Source: Candidatus Baldrarchaeota archaeon
Lineage (GTDB): Archaea; Asgardarchaeota; Baldrarchaeia; Baldrarchaeales; DXJG01
Direction: 5' to 3'
Assembly: GCA_019056805.1 (NCBI GenBank)
Contig: DXJG01000006.1
Span: forward strand, 1-31,494
Length of the DNA stretch: 31,494 nucleotides
Shown here: positions 18,669-26,713 of the stretch, piece after piece
Layout: each line of letters starts with the position of its first letter
How positions within the stretch are numbered: position 1 is the stretch's first letter
Position numbers and translations under genes: made by a program
The notes under the pieces: generated by a model
What the model saw: only the letters and a program-made list of their open reading frames with translations
What the model was told of the DNA's origin: nothing
Database searches by the model: none

Positions 18669-19556
18669 TTATATATCTGATCTGAGTTTAAGTATCTTTG
18701 CTATATTTGCATCCGGGTTTATTACTGGTTTTATTTTTCCATTTGGCGATGTCATCAAAGTTGTTACACCAGGGCCATGACCAGCTATAACACTAATTGT
18801 GTGAACAACAATTCCTATGGAAACTGCCCCAGTTTTATATATTCTTCCATAACTGTGGTCTGCGTTTAAAATAGCTACTAAATCTCCCAGTCTAAGGTCC
18901 TCTAAATGATATTTCTTAACATTCTTTTCGTCGAAGAACTGAATATCATAGTCACCACGATAAGTGTTATCTGCTCCAAGACCGGAACCCATAATTTCTG
19001 CTGGAACAGTATGCGTTACTGGCACCTCCAAATAATCACTTGAAGTCTTTATGTCTATTGCTTTTAGAAATTCTGGTGAAATATTCATCAACTTTATATC
19101 AGGATAATCTAAAAGCTTTAGCCCTACACCGTAAGCTTTTACTAGGATTTTGTCTCCTGGCACCAGTTTTTCAAGTACTTCCCAATCAAAGTCTACTAAA
19201 ACATGTTCTATTCCGCCATGTTTACCAACTACAACACCCTTCTCCCCTTTTGCTTCTCCTGAAATAACAACTGCTTCGTTGCCCACACATGCTAAAGTGT
19301 TTAAAGCATTGTTAAAGTACCGTCTACCGTCAACTCTTTCATAATTTGCAATAGATACACCGGGTTCAACGTGATCTGCTTCCCAATCTACTGCTGAATC
19401 ACCCACACGAACATTGTATGTAATGCCTCCAACACCTGGTCTCACAACAGGTGCGCCATTAGCTCCTACATTGTAAACTCTATCACCCTTTAAAGCGCTT
19501 AGAACTTGCCCTACAACACTAATTTTGACAAGTCTGTTCTCATTTGTTCTTAACAA
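18669..19556 (-). CDS. Conserved hypothetical protein (recalls the DUF4438 family; not verified)
   Basis: 295 aa, soluble and Gly/Val-rich. It has a TTG start with GAGGTG 7 nt upstream. The family label is from memory of length and N-terminal pattern only. Confidence 0.5.
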   Translation of the reverse strand: MLRTNENRLVKISVVGQVLSALKGDRVYNVGANGAPVVRPGVGGITYNVRVGDSAVDWEADHVEPGVSIANYERVDGRRYFNNALNTLACVGNEAVVISGEAKGEKGVVVGKHGGIEHVLVDFDWEVLEKLVPGDKILVKAYGVGLKLLDYPDIKLMNISPEFLKAIDIKTSSDYLEVPVTHTVPAEIMGSGLGADNTYRGDYDIQFFDEKNVKKYHLEDLRLGDLVAILNADHSYGRIYKTGAVSIGIVVHTISVIAGHGPGVTTLMTSPNGKIKPVINPDANIAKILKLRSDI

Positions 19557-19828
19557 GATTTACACCTCTTAGACATATAATGTTCACAAACATTATAAAT
19601 GGAGCACTTACTTCCGAAGACAGCTGACTTACACCAATAGATACTTAAAAACATAACAATTAGTGTAAAGTCACTTCTTTCCTCTTGGTGCTTAGAAATA
19701 ATAAACCTATTTTATGATCCCAAAAGATTGAACAGCAGAGTAATTTTAACAAGTCTCGAAAATACATAATAATCTCCATTAACACAATAACTTTTCTCAC
19801 TAAGCTAAATTTAAATTTAGGTTTGAGT

Positions 19829-20629
19829 TCAAGCTTTAAAATTATCAATTATCCTCATTAATTTATCAGTTAACTTTTCAACGTCATTCAGCCTAATATT
19901 TTCTAAAGATTCGCCTAAAAAATTCTTTTTGGTTATCTCTGCATTGTAACTTATGCTTCCAAGTACTCTCTCTTCTTCTAACTGTTCTCTAAGAATGTTC
20001 ACTGTTTCGTTGTTGACTTTATTAAGTATGAAGTAGAGTGTTTTGTTTATTTTGGATGCCAGTTTCTTGGATTTATCAGCAAGAACTATGGATTCATAGG
20101 TTGGATCTATAATTAAGAGAAGTAAGTCACATGCTTCTTCAACTGCTCTTCCAAAATGTTCAATTCCAGCATCAGTATCTATAAGAACAATTTCTTTATC
20201 TTTTAACACCAATCTTTTGAGGAATTCTCTTGCAAGTGCATTAAAAGGACATGCGCAACCAGAACCATAATCTCCTACCTTACCTATAATCAAAAGTCCC
20301 AATTTATCTTTCCAAATAGTACATTCACTTGGTAAATCGTTAAAATTGAGTAAATCAGGTATTTTCCAATCTAACTCATCTACTCCTCTGAACAAAGCGT
20401 TAGAAACTTTTTTACGACCGCCCATAAAATCAACTAAAGTTTTCACAGGTGTATTTAAACCAAGCATCCTGTAAAGAGTGGTGTTAGACTCGTCCGAGTC
20501 AATCACCAAAGTTTTAAAGCCTCTACGTACAAGACTATGAGCTAAAAGCGAAATAACAGTACTTTTACCAGAACCTCCTTTACCAAAAAATAAAACCTTA
20601 GGCAAGCAGTTCACCCTAAACCTCTTCAA
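19829..20629 (-). CDS. CooC-like MinD/ParA-family metal-centre maturation ATPase
   Basis: It has the deviant Walker A 'GKGGSGKST', 'VIDSDES', 'DTDAGIEHF' and a Cys-x-Cys motif 'GSGCACPFN', as in Ni-inserting CooC. The start is uncertain: TTG at 20629, or GTG at 20614 with GAGG upstream. Confidence 0.75.
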   Translation of the reverse strand: MKRFRVNCLPKVLFFGKGGSGKSTVISLLAHSLVRRGFKTLVIDSDESNTTLYRMLGLNTPVKTLVDFMGGRKKVSNALFRGVDELDWKIPDLLNFNDLPSECTIWKDKLGLLIIGKVGDYGSGCACPFNALAREFLKRLVLKDKEIVLIDTDAGIEHFGRAVEEACDLLLLIIDPTYESIVLADKSKKLASKINKTLYFILNKVNNETVNILREQLEEERVLGSISYNAEITKKNFLGESLENIRLNDVEKLTDKLMRIIDNFKA

Positions 20630-20826
20630 AACAAAGAAATATAAACCTATTGATCCCTAGATTTCCTTACTGTTTAATGATTTCAAATGATAAACTCATT
20701 TTTCGTATACTTCCATGAAAATACTTAATAACCAAAGCTCATAAAATGATACTGTTGGTGTTATAGAAAGATAAGTCAGGCTCTAAAGTTATCTACACAG
20801 ATTATATAGGTGATGTGGTGATTCCT

Positions 20827-21891
20827 ATGGCTAAAATTAAGGTGGGAGTTATTGGGGTTGGAAATGCTTGTTCATCATTCATCCAAGGCCTACAACTCTG
20901 TAAGGACATGGGAGAAAAGGTTGAAGGATTAATGCACTGGGATCTCGGCGGCTATACACCCATGGATATTGAAATTGTTGCAGCGTTTGATATTGATAAG
21001 AGGAAGGTAGGGAAAGATCTTTCAGAAGCAATTTTCTCACCACCAAATAACATGCTAAAACTTTGCGAAGTACCAAAACTTGATGTAATCGTTGAAAAGG
21101 GGCATCTACTTGACGAATTTAGCCCTGATATAAAAGAATTAATTCAATTCGATGAATCTCCGCCAGTAGACATCGTTGATTCTCTTAAAAGCAAAGGTGT
21201 AGAAATACTTGTTAATTTAATTCCAAGTAGCGCTGTTGAAACAACAAAATTCTATGCTGAAAAAGCTATTGAAGCAGGTTGCGGCTTCATCAACTGTGTA
21301 CCAGCGTTCATTGCTAGCAATGTTGAATGGGCTGAAAAATTTGAAAAAGCCGGGCTGCCAGTTGCTGGCGATGATCTAGAAAGTCAAGCCGGCTCAACGA
21401 TATTACATAAATGGATACTAGAGCTTTTAACTAGACGAAGCGTAAAGATACGTGAAACGTATGCATTAGATGTAGGAGGTAGCCCGGAGTCTATTCATGC
21501 TCTTGACTGGGAGAAAACATTGGCAAAAAGAATGGTTAAAACTAAAGCAATAAAATCAGCTTTACCTTACGAAGCACCTGTGGTTGCCGGATCTTCTGAC
21601 TATGTTGATTTCTTAGGAGACTTTAGGGACACTCTAATTTGGATAAGAGGAACAATTTTTGGAGGAGCACCCATAACAATCGACCTAAAAATTAAGGTTC
21701 CTGACGGTGCCAATGCTGTAAGTCCATTAATGGATGCTATAAGAGGAGTTAAAATAGCAATGGATAGAGGTATCTCTGGAGCTCTTGAAAGTGTTTCAGC
21801 ATATGCATTTAAGCATCCACCAAAACCAGCTTCTCCTAGAACTGCAGAGAAATGGATGATGGAATTCATTGATGGTAAAAGAGAAAAATAA
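20827..21891 (+). CDS. Myo-inositol-1-phosphate synthase (Ino1 family)
   Basis: 'KVGVIGVGNACSSFIQGL', 'GLMH', 'AAFDIDKRKVGKDLSEAIF', 'FINCVPAFIASNVEWAEKFEKAGLPVAGDDLESQAGSTILH', 'LDVGG' and 'AYAFKHPP' track the prokaryotic MIPS sequence closely. I prefer the ATG at 20827 (GGTGAT 4 nt upstream). The ORF track starts at the GTG at 20815. Confidence 0.9.
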   Translation: MAKIKVGVIGVGNACSSFIQGLQLCKDMGEKVEGLMHWDLGGYTPMDIEIVAAFDIDKRKVGKDLSEAIFSPPNNMLKLCEVPKLDVIVEKGHLLDEFSPDIKELIQFDESPPVDIVDSLKSKGVEILVNLIPSSAVETTKFYAEKAIEAGCGFINCVPAFIASNVEWAEKFEKAGLPVAGDDLESQAGSTILHKWILELLTRRSVKIRETYALDVGGSPESIHALDWEKTLAKRMVKTKAIKSALPYEAPVVAGSSDYVDFLGDFRDTLIWIRGTIFGGAPITIDLKIKVPDGANAVSPLMDAIRGVKIAMDRGISGALESVSAYAFKHPPKPASPRTAEKWMMEFIDGKREK

Positions 21892-22063
21892 ACACATTTT
21901 ACCACAACTATATTTATTTTAACATCTCTTTCAGATACCTTATTTTTAACTCATTTTATCGAAGCTGGTGGCTATTTCATCTTGTATATTTAAATACGTG
22001 GTTCTGGCTAATATTTAATGTGAAGTAGTTATATCTAAGGGAGATATAGGAGGCTTAAGCTAT

Positions 22064-23197
22064 ATGGTTTTAGATTTAACAAGTGAACAAGAAAAATTGA
22101 AAAAAGAAGTAGCTGACTTTGTTAAAGATAAGGTAGAACCTATTGCTTCCGGATTAGATGAAAAATGTCAATTCCCTATAGAATTGTTTAAAGAAATAGG
22201 AGAAAAGGGCTGGTTTAAATTTAATGTCCCAGAAAAATATGGAGGAGAAGGGAAAAACACCACAAATCTCTTTATAGTATTTAGTGAAATAGCGAAAGGT
22301 CTTGCGTCGCTTTCAGTTAGCTTAGATACACAATACCTACTAATGGAAGCATTAAATCTCTATGGAAGCGAATATCTAAAAGAAAAATACATTCCACCCT
22401 TAGTTAAGGGAGAAATCATAGGGGCATTTGCAATAACAGAACAAACAGCTGGCTCCGATATAGGTGGAATTACTGGAACAGCTAAGAAAAATGGAAATGA
22501 ATATGTTTTGAATGGTGAAAAATGCGTTGTGGTAAGTGGAGCAGTTGCAGATGCCTTTATTGTTTTTCTAAAAACCGATCCTACAAAAGGTGCTAAAGGA
22601 TTAAGTGCTTTCATGGTAGAAAAAGATATGGATGGAGTCGTTGTAGAACCTCTTAATCCAAGTGGTTTGAGAGCATGTGGTCTCGGAAAACTTGTTTTAA
22701 ACAATGTAAGGATCCCTGTGGAAAACTTAGTTGGAAATGAAGGTGACGGAGCAAAAATAGCTTTATCCGTTCTTGATTTCGGGAGAATTGGAATAGCATC
22801 CACCGCGTATGGCATCGCTCAAGCAGCCTTCGAATCTGCGGTCAACTATGCTAAAGAAAGGAAGCAGTTTAATGTTCCCATATCTAATTTCCAAGGTCTT
22901 CGCTGGATGCTTGCAGATTTAGCTGTGGAAATTGAAGCAACCAAGCTATTAATTCTGGAAGCAGCCAAAACAAGAGATAAAGGTTTAAGATATACTAAGG
23001 AAGCTGCTATGGCTAAGCTTTACAGTAGTAAAGTTGCTGTGAAAGCGGCTTTAACTGCGATACAAATTTTCGGGCACTACGGATACTTAAAAGATAAACC
23101 TCTTGAAAGATATTTGAGAGACGCTAAAGGTTTAGAAATAGCTGAAGGAACAAGTGAAATTCAAAAACTAGTAATTGCAAGACATATCCTAGGTTAA
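22064..23197 (+). CDS. Acyl-CoA dehydrogenase (FAD-dependent)
   Basis: 377 aa. 'GAFAITEQTAGSDIGG', 'FGRIGIAS', 'QIFGHYGY' and the C-terminal 'IAEGTSEIQKLVIARHIL' are typical ACAD motifs. GGAGG is the SD. Confidence 0.9.
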   Translation: MVLDLTSEQEKLKKEVADFVKDKVEPIASGLDEKCQFPIELFKEIGEKGWFKFNVPEKYGGEGKNTTNLFIVFSEIAKGLASLSVSLDTQYLLMEALNLYGSEYLKEKYIPPLVKGEIIGAFAITEQTAGSDIGGITGTAKKNGNEYVLNGEKCVVVSGAVADAFIVFLKTDPTKGAKGLSAFMVEKDMDGVVVEPLNPSGLRACGLGKLVLNNVRIPVENLVGNEGDGAKIALSVLDFGRIGIASTAYGIAQAAFESAVNYAKERKQFNVPISNFQGLRWMLADLAVEIEATKLLILEAAKTRDKGLRYTKEAAMAKLYSSKVAVKAALTAIQIFGHYGYLKDKPLERYLRDAKGLEIAEGTSEIQKLVIARHILG

Positions 23198-23230
23198 CCG
23201 CCCCATAGCTTTAAAACGGAGTGACAGTGC

Positions 23231-24109
23231 TTGAAGAGTTACAATAAAAGTAAAAGTAGAGGGATAATTCTTACCTTCATGGCTGCTACACTCTGGGGTA
23301 CTAGTTTTCCAGTTATAAAATGGGGTCTAACCTATATTTCAGCATATAATTTTGTTATGCTAAGATTCCTAATATCCATCTTAGTACTTGTCCCCATCGC
23401 AATAATAATTGATAGAAAAGACTTCTTTACCCATTTCAAAGAAAAATATATAATTCTTCTTGGACTTTTAAATTCACTAAGCTACTTTCTACAGTTTGTC
23501 GGGCAGCAATGGACAACAGCCACTAAAACAGCTCTACTCACAAATTCAAGCGTTATTTTCGCAGCTATATTATCTTATTTTTGGTTAAAAGAAAGGTTGA
23601 ACTACTTTAAGGCTTCAGGAATTATTATGGCATTTTTAGGTGTTTTTCTAATCGTTACAGGTGGAAGACTAGAAATTTTGCAAAGTGGCACTGTGATAGG
23701 TGATCTTTTTTGTCTCGTTTCAGGAGTATCTTGGGGATTTTATATTGTAATTTCTAAAAAGATTTCAAATCAAGAAAGCAATTCTCTTTCTTTTATTAGT
23801 GCAATGCTCATGTATACATTTCTTTTTACTTTAATTTTTTCTTTTCCTCTACTTGTTCCTGTTGATTTCAGCTTTGAAGTATATTTTGCAATTTTATATA
23901 CAAGCATCTTTTGTACAATTTTACCTTTCCTCTTATGGTATGAAGGCTTAAAAACGATTCAAGCATCTTCCTCTGCTACTTATCTCCTTTTAACAATAAT
24001 TGTAGCAGCAATTATTAGCATAACACTTCTTTCCGAATCTTTCACCTTAACATTGGTGTTTGGGGCTATTTTAATATGTGTAGGTATCTGGATAGTTGAA
24101 ACAAAATAA
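23231..24109 (+). CDS. EamA/DMT-superfamily transporter
   Basis: 292 aa with about 10 TM segments in a two-repeat EamA-like organisation ('LWGTSFPVIKWGL'; the second half contains 'WGFYIVISKK'). TTG start with GGAGTGA 6 nt upstream. Confidence 0.8.
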   Translation: MKSYNKSKSRGIILTFMAATLWGTSFPVIKWGLTYISAYNFVMLRFLISILVLVPIAIIIDRKDFFTHFKEKYIILLGLLNSLSYFLQFVGQQWTTATKTALLTNSSVIFAAILSYFWLKERLNYFKASGIIMAFLGVFLIVTGGRLEILQSGTVIGDLFCLVSGVSWGFYIVISKKISNQESNSLSFISAMLMYTFLFTLIFSFPLLVPVDFSFEVYFAILYTSIFCTILPFLLWYEGLKTIQASSSATYLLLTIIVAAIISITLLSESFTLTLVFGAILICVGIWIVETK

Positions 24110-24305
24110 ATATTAGCAGTGCTAATGTCATTATAGGAAATTACGCTTTGTCTGTTAAACGTTCTAAATTTTTAGGATTAAATGTGAAACTTTTGTGGAA
24201 CCTTAATAAAGGCGAAAAAATATATTTTGGAAAAATTGTTGTAATAAATGATATAACAATTATGTTCTCTACAACATCATAGCAACTAATATGGGGTAGT
24301 CCCAT

Positions 24306-25016
24306 TTGCAAAGAATTCCAAATGAAATAAAAGATTTTTTTAACATAAAAAGAAATAATATACTCTTAGTAAAAGGAAAAGCTGGTTCTGGAAAAACAAT
24401 ATTTTCTCTTGAATGCCTTATAAATCTGGCAGAAAAGGGTTGTGGATTCTATTTTTCAACAAGAGTAGACCCAGAAACTGTATTAACTCAATATCCGCAA
24501 ATAAGTGAACACGTTCCTCCGCAAAATATAATTGACGCTACTTTAACAGCAATTCCTCAAAGCTCAGATATTTACGAAGCAATCCAATATTCCACAGTCC
24601 CCGAATTTCTCCGTGAACTATATGCGAAACTAGATAAAATTAAAAACCAAGGAACTCCTGTTATCGTAATTGATTCCATAGATGCTATTTGTGAGACATT
24701 AAATATTTCTAACACGAAATTCATGCACACTTTTGCTGATTTTACACGGAAATCTGGAGCAAAAGCAATTGTGGTAACTGAGCAATCTGGAAGTACAAAA
24801 CTGGATTATTTAGCTGATGGAGTAGTTTACTTAACACATGATATGATTGAAGGCAGAATATATCGTGAAATGTACATCGAAAAACTTAGATCTGTGAAAA
24901 TAAGGAACCCAATTATTCCATTTACACTTATTGATGGAAGATTTACCCCAACACAATACGTTTTTCACACTGCAAAAGACGTTCTTAACAAAGGACAAAA
25001 ATATTTTAAAAGATAA
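24306..25016 (+). CDS. KaiC/RecA-superfamily ATPase, active P-loop domain
   Basis: 236 aa with a TTG start. Walker A is 'VKGKAGSGKT'. Walker B is 'PVIVIDSIDAI'. 'GVVYLTHDMIEGRIYREMYIEKLRSVKI' is typical of archaeal KaiC/RadA-like ATPases. Confidence 0.7.
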   Translation: MQRIPNEIKDFFNIKRNNILLVKGKAGSGKTIFSLECLINLAEKGCGFYFSTRVDPETVLTQYPQISEHVPPQNIIDATLTAIPQSSDIYEAIQYSTVPEFLRELYAKLDKIKNQGTPVIVIDSIDAICETLNISNTKFMHTFADFTRKSGAKAIVVTEQSGSTKLDYLADGVVYLTHDMIEGRIYREMYIEKLRSVKIRNPIIPFTLIDGRFTPTQYVFHTAKDVLNKGQKYFKR

Positions 25017-25675
25017 TTTCCAAAATTCAACTTCCACCAGGCCTATATTCAACTGGATCTCTTTCACTTGACAAAGTAATCGGTTATGTTCGTGGAGGAA
25101 ATCTTGTTTTATACGAATTAGAACCTTATGTTCCAACTATTACAATTATAGGGCTAGTGACACTTCATTCAATAGGATTCATCAGCAGAGGATGTAAAGT
25201 AATTCAAATCCCACCAAGCTACAGTCATGGTGAATTTGTATTAAAGTTCCTTAAAACAGTCTTAGGAGACAACATTAAGAATATAGAACTACTGATACCA
25301 GAAACATGTTCTATAGACAGTTTTTCGAAAAAGTTTCTCGAAAAATTGAACGAAATTAATAAAGATGGAAATTTATCCGCGATAATATTCTCTATTGATG
25401 CATTGGAAAGCGCGTTTGGAAGCGATGAAGCATTTCATATTGGAGCAAGAATCGTGGCAGAAGGAAGAAAAAATAACAATGTGATTATAGCATTTGGCCA
25501 TGAAAGTTCAAAAACAAGAGTTTTATTTAGAGATATGGCAGAAAAAGTCATAAGAATATTTTATAAACATGGTTACGTTTTTATTTACGGTGTTCGTCCA
25601 AAAACACCTATTTACAACGTCTACTATAACCCAGAATCACAATATGTTGACGTAAGCCTTCTTGAAGTAGTTTAA
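25010..25675 (+). CDS. Degenerate second KaiC-like domain with no Walker A; probably continuous with the upstream ORF or using an unidentified start
   Basis: This frame is open from 25010. It encodes 'LPPGLYSTGSLSLDKVIGYVRGGNLVLYELEPYVPTIT...AIIFSIDALES'. That gives the KaiC-type 'STG..LD' lead-in and a Walker-B-like strand, but 'ELEPYVPT' where GxxGxGKT is expected. The ORF-track GTG at 25157 would cut off this conserved lead-in. The only window for a shift from the upstream frame is 25010-25013, in A4 (25008-25011). Confidence 0.55.
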   Translation, partial: KIISKIQLPPGLYSTGSLSLDKVIGYVRGGNLVLYELEPYVPTITIIGLVTLHSIGFISRGCKVIQIPPSYSHGEFVLKFLKTVLGDNIKNIELLIPETCSIDSFSKKFLEKLNEINKDGNLSAIIFSIDALESAFGSDEAFHIGARIVAEGRKNNNVIIAFGHESSKTRVLFRDMAEKVIRIFYKHGYVFIYGVRPKTPIYNVYYNPESQYVDVSLLEVV

Positions 25676-25736
25676 CAATTTTATCTCACATGAAAGTTAA
25701 AACAATAAAAATACCTGATATTTTCGATACTTTTTT

Positions 25737-26117
25737 ATGAAAATGTCTTTTACTTTAAATATAATGATGCGTATTAGATCTATTCTTAGAAGGATAGTGC
25801 TAATTGTAACAGGTACTGTTTCTCTTGCAATAATTGTATCGTTAATTATTTCAGCGATTTATAGAATGCCTTTACGTGATGCTCTTGGAATAACTTTGAT
25901 GGTGGAAGTTTTCTTATTATTTCTCCTATCTCTCGCTTTATTAACTGGAATTTCAGAGCGCATGGTTATCCATCAAGCATATACTAATCCCTTTATCCCC
26001 AAAGAAGTAAGAGAAAACATCATGAAAAAACATGGAAAAGATAGAGATACAGGAATCTTTGTATTCGTACTCGCACTAATTTTGCTCCTTATACTATTCC
26101 TATTAACACAACTTTGA
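25737..26117 (+). CDS. Small 3-TM membrane protein, paralog A
   Basis: 126 aa with three hydrophobic helices. A conserved 'NP...(basic helix)...DTGIF' segment precedes the last helix and is shared with the next gene. Confidence 0.55.
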   Translation: MKMSFTLNIMMRIRSILRRIVLIVTGTVSLAIIVSLIISAIYRMPLRDALGITLMVEVFLLFLLSLALLTGISERMVIHQAYTNPFIPKEVRENIMKKHGKDRDTGIFVFVLALILLLILFLLTQL

Positions 26118-26250
26118 TACAATCCAGGTTCTAAGTTACGATACTCTCTCTAACAATTTTGAAATATATTGGTTGAAGGCGAAATGCTTGTTCCCCGTTT
26201 TTTCGATACATTTTTATTTAAAAAGAGTATTAAAACACTTGGGGAAATAT

Positions 26251-26638
26251 ATGAAAATTAAAGTCAGCCCTAAAAAAGTTGGGTTAATTGCTGGGGGAGC
26301 CATTCTCTTTACACTCTGCATAACATTGGCGATCTCAGCTATCTCACATGTATCTTTGTTAGATGCTTTTAGAAAAACTTTAGTCGGAGAAATAGTTGCG
26401 CTCTTTATTTTGGCCTACATTTCAATGGAAAAAGAACAAAAAAAATATTTACGCTCATGGATATATTTACGTTTACGGTTTTGAGCAAGCAGCCATGGGT
26501 AATCCTACCGTTACTCGTGAATTAATAAAACAAGCAAAAGAAAGATATAAACGGGAAAAACAAATTGATACAGGAATTTTCTTTGCAATATTGGCAATCG
26601 TACTACTATTCATTCTATTGTTGACAATACTGATTTAA
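26251..26638 (+). pseudogene. Small 3-TM membrane protein, paralog B, frame-broken at an A8 run
   Basis: The ATG at 26251 (GGGGAAAT upstream) gives 'MKIKVSPKKVGLIAGG...ISAISHVSLLDAF...', aligning with paralog A. The matching C-terminus 'GNPTVTRELIKQAKERYKREKQIDTGIFFAILAIVLLFILLL' is in the +1 frame (ORF 26396-26638). The two frames meet at A8 (26438-26445). Confidence 0.5.
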
Positions 26639-26713
26639 TAAACCTTACACTAATTTTTTACTTTTTCAACACATTTTAACAATCAGTTATGTTATAATTT
26701 GGACTTTTGTACT

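Noticed and set aside
22360-22815. 151-aa minus-strand ORF inside the acyl-CoA dehydrogenase gene
   Set aside because: It is an antisense shadow ORF with low-complexity composition. The ACAD reading frame is strongly supported.
24112-24126. Palindrome ATTAGCA-G-TGCTAAT, starting 2 nt after the EamA stop codon
   Set aside because: It is real in the sequence but short, and it is not followed by an oligo-T tract. Such a palindrome could arise by chance in AT-rich DNA, so no function can be supported.
25157-25159. GTG at 25157 as the true start of the second KaiC-like ORF
   Set aside because: KaiC-like sequence (LPPGLYSTGSLSLDKVIG...GGNLVLYEL) is encoded in the same frame for about 140 nt upstream, back to 25010. 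Starting at 25157 would delete the conserved lead-in and the first beta-strand.
26173-26250. N-terminal extension of the ORF-track call 26173-26484 (MKAKCLFPVFSIHFYLK...)
   Set aside because: The paralog alignment begins at the internal ATG at 26251, which has GGGGAAAT just upstream. The extension has no counterpart in paralog A.
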